Source: Candidatus Poribacteria bacterium (GTDB lineage Bacteria > Abyssobacteria > SURF-5). Taken from it: 64,000 bases of DNA. The position numbers were made by a program, and so were the translations under genes. Below are positions 9,976 through 17,267 of the stretch, piece after piece. Each line of letters begins with the position of its first letter. Within the stretch, counting starts at the first letter, position 1. Below the pieces are notes generated by a model. That model worked only from the letters and a program-made list of their open reading frames with translations. It was not told the DNA's origin and searched no databases. The DNA lies in the NCBI GenBank assembly GCA_016215705.1, contig JACRIR010000135.1, positions 3,733 through 67,732 on the forward strand, read 5' to 3'.

Positions 9976-10447
9976 GTCGATAAGTCCCAACCCTCTGAGG
10001 TTTCATAAATTATAGCAGATTCAACGAACTTAAACAAGCATCGGCGACAGCAATGATTTACGACATCAGGGGCTTCCGCCGGCCATGACGCAGGTGAGTA
10101 ATACGAAGTGTAAAGAGTGAAGAGTGAAAGGAACCCTACCAATCAACGGAGTAACACTGATTTTCACGGATTAAGAAAAAGAAAGAGAAGGGTCCTTTCC
10201 GAGGTTTCTAATGGAAATGGCTTGTTCTTTTCCTTTGCCAACGATGTCAGTACATGCGTCTTGACAAAGATGAGTGCTTGGCGGTAATAATAGTAACCTC
10301 GCTGCGACCGGCTCGCAGTCGCAGGGGACAACAGGATTTTTTCAGGGTGTCCCCATTTCTATTCGATTTCATGTTTTGGCGACGACTATATTGTGAAGAG
10401 TTTGGCGGACGCGTCCGACTGAACAGCACCAACCAAAGGGAAGTTTC

Positions 10448-10972
10448 GTGGAGCAACGGACCCAGGATACTGCAGGGGCCTTAACCCGAATTGTGCGTGA
10501 ACACCGGAAAGCGGTGTTTGCCGTGGCTTATGCGAAACTCCGGAATAGTCACGACGCCGAGGACATCACGCAGGACGTGTTCGTCGAGGCGTATCGGAAC
10601 GCTCATAAGCTGAAGAATCTGGAGAAAGTCGCCTCGTGGCTCTATAAGGCGACAGTCTACCGTTGCATAGACCACGTGCGCAAGAGTTCGAGGCGCGAGA
10701 AGCGCGAAGCCACATTCATGGAGTTTGCTCTTGCTGAGCCGCCGCCCGACCCGCAGATCGAAGATGAAAAATATTCCGCAGTTGTGCGGGCCATCGATAA
10801 GCTTCCGGAAGACATGCGTGTGGTTATCATGCTCAAGCATTTCGCCGGGCTCTCATATGACGACATCTCGAAGATGACCGGACTCTCGAAAACTACGATT
10901 GACGGCCGTCTCCGCACCGGGAAGAAGCAGTTGAGGCAGCGGCTTGCCGAAATAATGGATGAGTTAAGGTGA
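10448..10972 (+). CDS. ECF-type RNA polymerase sigma factor
   Basis: 174 aa with region 2 (DAEDITQDVFVEAYRN) and region 4 HTH (LSYDDISKMTGLSKTTIDGRLRTGKKQLRQ). GTG start. Stop TGA at 10970-10972 overlaps the next gene's start. Confidence 0.9.
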   Translation: MEQRTQDTAGALTRIVREHRKAVFAVAYAKLRNSHDAEDITQDVFVEAYRNAHKLKNLEKVASWLYKATVYRCIDHVRKSSRREKREATFMEFALAEPPPDPQIEDEKYSAVVRAIDKLPEDMRVVIMLKHFAGLSYDDISKMTGLSKTTIDGRLRTGKKQLRQRLAEIMDELR

Positions 10973-13599
10973 GTAAGATGCCGAGTTGCAACGAAAGAAT
11001 TTACCGGATACACAGACTCGTCGAAGGGGAATTGGGCCCGGACGAAACCTCCCGTTTGAATGAGCATCTGGCAGGGTGCCCGTCGTGTTCCGAGCAAGTT
11101 CGCGAGTTCAGTCAGATGAAGACGCTCATCGAGGAGAGCCTCGCGTCTAAGTTTGTCCTTCCCGCTGTGGACGAGCTTGTGGCTGGTTGCGAGTCAAGGG
11201 TCAGGCATCGAATATGGCCGAAGAGGGTCGAGCGTGGGTTATTCAAGAGGGCTCTCATCGTTGCGGCTGCTTGTCTGGCAGTGATTCTTCTCACGGGCTA
11301 CATCTCCGGCCGCATATATTTCCGGAAGACGTTTTCGTACCAACTCAGCAGTATGGTCATAAGGTGTTCGGACGGCATCGAGAAAATGAGTCCCGATGGC
11401 AAATGGGAGAAGTTGCATGTCGGCGACCGCTTAAGAAAGGGGACCGTTCTCAGGACACCGGCTGGGGCTCAATCATTCATCTCGTTTGATGGAATCAGGC
11501 TGCTGACTGAGGGTGAGGCGCAAATCGAAGCGGAGGGGAGCCGGAGTCTGTCACTGAAGGAGGGGACGCTGTTTGTAGCGACAGCGGAGAGAAAGAAATC
11601 CGCCAGCGTAAGTTCGGCCAAGGTGGTTGTTCAATCGAGCGGTGGCGCTTTCGGGATTGGTCGCTCTCCGGACGCGACCACGATTGCGGTCGCAGCCGGT
11701 CATGTGAAGCTGACGGCGCCTGACGGAAAAACGCACAAGCTGGCGGAGAACCAGGTGGCTACTCTTCGGGACAGAACGAGCGCGTTCGAGCTAGCCTCTG
11801 CCAAAGTGCTTGACCCATTTGCCCGATATAGAGAGACCGTGATAGAGCGGATCAAGCAGCGGTTCGCGAAAATTATGTCGAGGTACGTGCCAAACTATCA
11901 GTTCACGCGGCGGATGATGAATCGTCTCGATGGGTCTTCCATTCTCGGCATGTGGGCTCAGCCCAAGGGGATGTTCCAGTTCGCCTCGTATACTCCGGCC
12001 GCTCCGCTCCGGTATGCCCAGGCTGACATGAGAGCGATCAGCGAGTATTACGAGAGCCTTTTCGTCCCGAGCAATCGCTCGATTTCCATTGGGAAGGAAA
12101 AGATTGTGTCGCTCGATCCGGGCACGGGCGCAGGTTTTCCGAGATGGTCGAGTGACGGCTCAATGATAGCGTTCATAGAGACGCATCTGATGGCTTTGAC
12201 CGGCATCGCGCGCGTTGTGAGAGTGGACGATCTGGAGAATCCGTGGGATGTTTCACAGGAGTGGTCTAATTCCGTGCGGTCAATGTTCCCGCTGACGTGG
12301 ACACCGGATGACCGACATGTCTTGTTTCAGGTTGAAACGGGGCAAATGTGGGATGAACGCGGGCCCACGAACAACGTTAAAATCAAGATTGCTCCAGTTG
12401 ACCCCGGCGAAGGTCCTCTTGTGGATTTTGACAGCCCGTTCCGTGACATTCCGTTGCCGCTTCCGCTGCCTGTAGGCAAGACTATTTCTCCGGGAATCGC
12501 CAAACTCCCGTATGGAGATGCGATGGTTTGTTCGAATTGGGGCAATCTGGCGTATATTCCAGTGGAGTCCGACGGCCAGGCGGTTCCGGCGGTTCCCGGC
12601 CTGTTCCTGACAAATTTCAATCCGCGCGAAATGTTCGTAATGGGAGGCGGCCTATCGCCATCAGGCATTTATGCCGACTTCACGGGTGTTGCAGGCCTCA
12701 ATTTCAGTCAGATGGGGACGTACATACTCTACGGAGTCGAAGACATAATCGACGGATTCACGCAGCCGCCTCGCTCACTCAACGACCCGAGGATCAAGCG
12801 CATCGCGCCGAGCACGAATATGCAATTCACCGGGGGCTTTTCCTTCGACGAATCACTCGTGTTCTTCCACGAAGACGTAAATCATGCGTTCAACGCTTTC
12901 TATCCGACCAATATCTATCCCTGCGATTTCGACGTCTTCTATGCAAATGCGCTGCCGGGCGAGCCGGGAAAGCCGACACAGATTCACCTGCCGGGCAATC
13001 AGATGTTCATGCAGCCGTCGCCGGAAGGGAATCGTCTGGCGTACAGCAATTTTGACGGCGACAATCTTGAGCTTCGCGTGGTCAGCTTTGACATCGAGGC
13101 GGACATTGATGCAGACCTCGGCGGCGTGCTTATAGACAACAGCGGCACCAATCTAATCGTCCCGCCGGGCGCGTTCGAGAGAGACTTCAAGGTCAAGATA
13201 AGCACCCCATTCAGCATAGGAGAGGAGGCGGAAATGCCGGAGGGGGAGAGCCGGTTCTTTGCAATGCGGCTCCTCGATGCGCAGGGCCTGGAAAAGCCGA
13301 AGTTCATCGAGCCGATGACTCTCACCATCCGATATACCGATGACGAAGTCTCTGGATTGGATGAGGGAATGCTCGAGATTTACTATTATGATGACATTGA
13401 CGCAGCGAACCCGAAGTGGGTTCCCCTCGGCGGAACTGTTGATCCGGAACACAACGAGATAACCGTCGAAATCAGGCATTTCTCGAAATTCTCAGTCGGC
13501 CAAAAGGCCACAGCCGGCTTGAACCACAAAGGGTCGCAGACCCGAGGCGCAAAGAGCGCGGCGAAAAACAGACCTGCCGTCACGAATGGCGCGAATTGA
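10969..13599 (+). CDS. giant anti-sigma factor (zf-HC2, TM, FecR-like, PD40/TolB-like propeller, C-terminal beta domain)
   Basis: Translationally coupled to the sigma gene. Contains N-terminal zf-HC2 (C..H..LAGCPSC), one TM (ALIVAAACLAVILLTGYISG), a FecR-like segment (VGDRLRKGTVLRTPAGAQSFISFDG) and PD40-like repeats (PRWSSDGSMIAFIE, TWTPDDRHVLFQ, PSPEGNRLAYSN). Confidence 0.8.
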   Translation: MSKMPSCNERIYRIHRLVEGELGPDETSRLNEHLAGCPSCSEQVREFSQMKTLIEESLASKFVLPAVDELVAGCESRVRHRIWPKRVERGLFKRALIVAAACLAVILLTGYISGRIYFRKTFSYQLSSMVIRCSDGIEKMSPDGKWEKLHVGDRLRKGTVLRTPAGAQSFISFDGIRLLTEGEAQIEAEGSRSLSLKEGTLFVATAERKKSASVSSAKVVVQSSGGAFGIGRSPDATTIAVAAGHVKLTAPDGKTHKLAENQVATLRDRTSAFELASAKVLDPFARYRETVIERIKQRFAKIMSRYVPNYQFTRRMMNRLDGSSILGMWAQPKGMFQFASYTPAAPLRYAQADMRAISEYYESLFVPSNRSISIGKEKIVSLDPGTGAGFPRWSSDGSMIAFIETHLMALTGIARVVRVDDLENPWDVSQEWSNSVRSMFPLTWTPDDRHVLFQVETGQMWDERGPTNNVKIKIAPVDPGEGPLVDFDSPFRDIPLPLPLPVGKTISPGIAKLPYGDAMVCSNWGNLAYIPVESDGQAVPAVPGLFLTNFNPREMFVMGGGLSPSGIYADFTGVAGLNFSQMGTYILYGVEDIIDGFTQPPRSLNDPRIKRIAPSTNMQFTGGFSFDESLVFFHEDVNHAFNAFYPTNIYPCDFDVFYANALPGEPGKPTQIHLPGNQMFMQPSPEGNRLAYSNFDGDNLELRVVSFDIEADIDADLGGVLIDNSGTNLIVPPGAFERDFKVKISTPFSIGEEAEMPEGESRFFAMRLLDAQGLEKPKFIEPMTLTIRYTDDEVSGLDEGMLEIYYYDDIDAANPKWVPLGGTVDPEHNEITVEIRHFSKFSVGQKATAGLNHKGSQTRGAKSAAKNRPAVTNGAN

Positions 13600-13874
13600 A
13601 AGAATGAAACCACGGATTCGAGAAGAATTCACCACCAAGTCACCAGGAAGAAGAACAGGAAGAAGAAAAAGAAAAGAAGCATTTTAATCACGGATTAACA
13701 CTGATTAACTCGGATTTAGGGGAAAAGAAGAGAAAGAAAAAGAGATTGTAACACGAATTACGCGAATTGCATCACGAATGGATGTTCGGTAGGAACATTT
13801 TTGCTGTTATCAACCGGAGACATGAAACCGGAAACCGTAGGTATAGCCTAAGACACGAGTGGGAGGGTAGGGGA

Positions 13875-15368
13875 ATGAAAACGATTACCTCAATTCTGTT
13901 TGTTATCGTACTTGTTGTTCTTGTTGCGCCGGGTATGGCCGCTGCTTCTGTTTATTACGTGCCCGACAATTATGCCACAATGCAGGCGGCAATCGACGCT
14001 GGAGTTTCCGGCGACACCATTATTGTCCGCGACGGCATATATAAGGGAGCGGGTAACAAGGACATCGACTTCAAAGGGAAAGCACTGACACTGCGCTCGG
14101 AGAACGGTCCCGCAGGTTGCATCATCGACTGCGAGGCCAGCGGCAGGGGGTTCTACTTCCATAGCGGTGAGACATCTGCATCGGTTCTGGATGGATTCAC
14201 AGTAATCAATGGATTCGCCACCGAAGTCTCGCCGGACGACAACAGCGGGGGTGCGGTCAAATGTGTCGGCAACTCCAGTCCGACCATAGAGAATTGCGCG
14301 TTTAGCGGTAATTCGGCCTATCGTGGAGGCGCTATTGCCTGCTGGTTTTCCTCTCCAAGCATAACGTATTGCTACCTGAGCGACAATTCGGCTGATCTCG
14401 ACGGTGGCGCAATCTATTGCGCGCAATCTCTCGCGGACGTCGCCGACTGCGTCTTCTACAGCAACTCGGCGCAATATGGCGGCGGGATTCATTTGACCAA
14501 TTACTCCTATCCGACGATCACTAATTGCATCGTAAGCAGCAACGAGAGCGATCTCGATGGGGGTGGCATTTATTGCTGGTACTCCTCGCCGGCCGTTGCG
14601 AACTGCACTATTGCGGGAAACTCGGCTCTCGACGAGGGTGGCGGGACCGCCTGCTATTTTTCTTCGCCGGTTGTCACTGACTGCATACTCTGGGATGATT
14701 CCAGCGCCCATGGAGCAGAAATAGCGCTCGTATACATCTCTCAACTCACGATCAGTTACAGTGACGTCGAGGGCGGAAGCTCGAGCGTCTATTCGCAGCC
14801 GGGCAGTGTTCTGAATTGGGGATCCGGAAATATCAACTCTAATCCGCTGTTTGCGGCCGGGGCGCTTGGCACATATTATCTCAGCCAGACGGCTGCCGGA
14901 CAGAACGCGAACAGCCCTTGCATGAATGCAGGCAGTGACACTGCCGTCAATGTTGGAATGGACTCGTATACTACGCGGACCGACGGCGTGGGTGACACCG
15001 GCGTGGTTGACATGGGATATCACTACGGTTTGTTTGTGCCAAGCGGTCTCACACAGATAAACCTGCTGTCGCCGGCGAATCAATCGGTTTTGTCCTCGGC
15101 TCCCACGTTCACGTGGACAGCCGACGGTGGCGCAAGCAGCGTCTATGCAGTTGATTTGAGCTATTCTGCCAATTTCTCAAGCTACTGGTCCACATACAAC
15201 AACATGCATCAACTTATTGATCAAACCTCGTGGACTATGCCAGCCTCGATTTGGAACAAAATTCCACATGGGAAACTAGTGTATTGGAAAGTTCGTGGCG
15301 CTGATTTGGATCATACGCCGCTCGAGGTCATCTACAGTGTCGAGGTTCGGTCATTCAATAAACAGTAA
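13875..15368 (+). CDS. secreted right-handed beta-helix protein with Pmp-like repeats and a shared C-terminal module
   Basis: Start set at MKTITSILFVIVLVVLVAPGMAAA (signal peptide), preceded by GGGAGGGTAGGGGA. Repeated N-S-A/GGAI units are present (FSGNSAYRGGAIAC, LSDNSADLDGGAIYC, VSSNESDLDGGGIYC). The last 103 aa match the C-terminus of the gene at 48716..50200. Confidence 0.8.
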   Translation: MKTITSILFVIVLVVLVAPGMAAASVYYVPDNYATMQAAIDAGVSGDTIIVRDGIYKGAGNKDIDFKGKALTLRSENGPAGCIIDCEASGRGFYFHSGETSASVLDGFTVINGFATEVSPDDNSGGAVKCVGNSSPTIENCAFSGNSAYRGGAIACWFSSPSITYCYLSDNSADLDGGAIYCAQSLADVADCVFYSNSAQYGGGIHLTNYSYPTITNCIVSSNESDLDGGGIYCWYSSPAVANCTIAGNSALDEGGGTACYFSSPVVTDCILWDDSSAHGAEIALVYISQLTISYSDVEGGSSSVYSQPGSVLNWGSGNINSNPLFAAGALGTYYLSQTAAGQNANSPCMNAGSDTAVNVGMDSYTTRTDGVGDTGVVDMGYHYGLFVPSGLTQINLLSPANQSVLSSAPTFTWTADGGASSVYAVDLSYSANFSSYWSTYNNMHQLIDQTSWTMPASIWNKIPHGKLVYWKVRGADLDHTPLEVIYSVEVRSFNKQ

Positions 15369-15444
15369 TCTCCAAAGAGCGTGAAAGGGAGAAAGGGGTG
15401 CAGGGGAAAGCAGAAGAACACAGCGTGGCAGAGCCGCAACGCAA

Positions 15445-15489
15445 GGTTAAATTGGGGACACCATGCGGCATGGTGTCCCCAATTTAACC
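15445..15489. repeat. family-1 palindrome (GGGGACACCATGC / GCATGGTGTCCCC core)
   Basis: Perfect 22-bp arms GGTTAAATTGGGGACACCATGC around a single central G. Confidence 0.9.
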
Positions 15490-15538
15490 GGTGTCTGCCG
15501 GACAACTTACGAGGAACACCGTATGAGAACCATGACAG

Positions 15539-15569
15539 GAATTCGCGATTTCGAACGTGAGTAGTACAG
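15539..15569 (+). repeat. 31-nt dispersed direct repeat
   Basis: GAATTCGCGATTTCGAACGTGAGTAGTACAG matches GAATTCACGATTTCAAACGTGAGTACTACAG at 26408-26438 (3 mismatches, same orientation). Confidence 0.8.
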
Positions 15570-15641
15570 CAAACAAGAGACCGAAAGCCGAGTATTAACG
15601 GGGGCACAGGGAAAATTGAGAAACACTTTGACCTGTGCCCC

Positions 15642-15670
15642 TTGACTCAAGACTCAATATGGGCATAATA
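15642..15670 (+). promoter_or_regulatory. sigma70-like promoter candidate (TTGACT-N16-CATAAT)
   Basis: TTGACT at 15642-15647 and CATAAT at 15664-15669. It sits upstream of the small membrane ORF and the FG-GAP gene. Confidence 0.4.
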
Positions 15671-15719
15671 TTATCGTTGTGGTAAAGAATCAAAATGGAG
15701 GGGAAGAGACTATATTCTT

Positions 15720-15932
15720 GTGGCAATTGCCATAGGCTCGTTAACCATTTCGGTGGTGTACAAATATTTCTCAAGAGTTACCTTGCGAATGGCGTGGTTC
15801 ATGGTGGCGCCTATTTTCGTTTCTGTTTACTTCGTGGTTGGTTTTATCGTGGGAGATCTTTGGGGAGTTATCGGCGGCAGAATCCTACGACCCACTCTAT
15901 CCAACCTCTTGATGTGGTTGTCTGGAAAGTAG
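15720..15932 (+). CDS. small hydrophobic protein (two predicted TM helices)
   Basis: 70-aa ORF with a GTG start and GGAGGGG 15 nt upstream. Strongly hydrophobic (WFMVAPIFVSVYFVVGFIVGDLWGVIGG). No family recognised. Confidence 0.3.
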   Translation: MAIAIGSLTISVVYKYFSRVTLRMAWFMVAPIFVSVYFVVGFIVGDLWGVIGGRILRPTLSNLLMWLSGK

Positions 15933-16018
15933 TGCTGAGATGTCACCGTAGCGGTTCACGAAAGGCGAGAATATGCGCGAATCATGCGTCAGTACTCTGA
16001 CATGGAGGAAAGGCAGAT

Positions 16019-17164
16019 ATGAACTGGAAAAAGGTTGCGCTGGGTTGCTCTATTTCCTCTGCGGTTCTTGTCGTCATCATTGCCGTCGGTGGTTACTTTG
16101 CGTTTCGACATTTCCGAAAATTCATTCCCGGTCGCATGGAAATACCAAAGAATCTCATCGACGCCTCAGTCCTTACGGGCTCGGACTTGCTTTCAAAGAA
16201 GACCTTTTTTGAGGATAGCCGACTGGGAAAGATCACTGATATTGAACTCGGGGAACTCGATCCGAGCCCGGGCCAGGAAATCGGGATTGCAGGTTCGCGC
16301 GGCGCAGCGTTCCTGGACGAAGAAGCGAGGCTGAAGTCAACAATCATGTTCAGCGGAGAGACAGATGATGTTAATATTATCGAGATCAACGCTGACGGCG
16401 TTTGTGAATTCCTAAATCGGGGATCATGGGGTGTCAGCGCATCTTTGATGGACCACAAGGGCAATGTCATTTGGACATACAGCGATGAAACGGGCGTTGA
16501 CGACATGGATTCGGGCGACATGGATGGTGACGGCACGATGGAGTTCGTGGTTGGCTTCAACGGCGGTGGAGGCGTGCATCTTGTTGACATCAATGGGAAG
16601 AAGAAGTGGAGCGAGTCCGATGGCAACGTCTGGCACGTTGAATTTGTGGACACCAATGGCGACGGCATTCTTGAAATAGTGCACAGCAACGCCGGCGGAC
16701 AGATGACGATAAGAGACCAAAACGGCAAGGTCGTCCGGCGAACGCATCCCGGCCCGTATTTCTCTCACTTCTCTCTCTGCAAATGGCCGACCCAAAAGGA
16801 TCATGAATACGCCCTGCTGGCCGAAAATGACACCATCTGGATTTTTGACTTCGACGGTAAAACCGTTGCGCAATTTACAGCGCCCAAGTGCGGCACGCTT
16901 GGACACGCCAGAGGCACACCTGTAAAGCTTATGGCTGACCAACCCGAATACTTCGCTACGCTCGTGGAGTTCAGACATTGGAATCGCGCAATTCTATATG
17001 TACATGATCGCGACGGCAAGCTTATGTACCAGGAAATCCTGCCGGAAACCTGTGCATCAATCGCAGCGCTATCTCTCAGCGACTCCAAGACAGACACGCT
17101 TCTAGTGGGCGGAGATGGCAAAGTGTGGCAGTACAAGGCTGGCAACAATTCTGATAAGCATTAG
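16019..17164 (+). CDS. membrane-anchored FG-GAP/VCBS-like beta-propeller protein
   Basis: GGAGGA RBS. N-terminal TM anchor (SISSAVLVVIIAVGGYFAF). Ca-binding-like FG-GAP signatures (DSGDMDGDGTMEFVVG, VDTNGDGILEIVH). Confidence 0.75.
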   Translation: MNWKKVALGCSISSAVLVVIIAVGGYFAFRHFRKFIPGRMEIPKNLIDASVLTGSDLLSKKTFFEDSRLGKITDIELGELDPSPGQEIGIAGSRGAAFLDEEARLKSTIMFSGETDDVNIIEINADGVCEFLNRGSWGVSASLMDHKGNVIWTYSDETGVDDMDSGDMDGDGTMEFVVGFNGGGGVHLVDINGKKKWSESDGNVWHVEFVDTNGDGILEIVHSNAGGQMTIRDQNGKVVRRTHPGPYFSHFSLCKWPTQKDHEYALLAENDTIWIFDFDGKTVAQFTAPKCGTLGHARGTPVKLMADQPEYFATLVEFRHWNRAILYVHDRDGKLMYQEILPETCASIAALSLSDSKTDTLLVGGDGKVWQYKAGNNSDKH

Positions 17165-17267
17165 GGTTTAGAGATGTCTTGCAGGGGCAGAACTTGTGGT
17201 TATTCGCCTGTCGGTCCGATTCTGGCACTATGGAAACTGTCTATGGCCCTCTTAGGGAGGAAAACGA

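Noticed and set aside
13890-15083. Long antisense ORFs. Examples: 397 aa at 13890..15083 (-), 378 aa at 53857..54993 (-), 337 aa at 60454..61467 (+), 323 aa at 31290..32261 (+), 305 aa at 30085..31002 (-), 284 aa at 49304..50158 (+), 277 aa at 19207..20040 (-).
   Set aside because: Each lies opposite a gene with clear family motifs (beta-helix, smc, E1, rel, ompA, GSDH, FGE). Their translations are Arg/Ser/Pro-rich with no recognisable motifs, as expected for stop-poor antisense frames in GC-rich coding DNA.
15332-15607. 91-aa minus-strand ORF between the beta-helix gene and the FG-GAP gene
   Set aside because: It is made almost entirely of the family-1 palindrome, the 31-nt dispersed repeat and spacer DNA (translation ..NWGHHAAWCPQFN..). 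This is a repeat-derived artefact.
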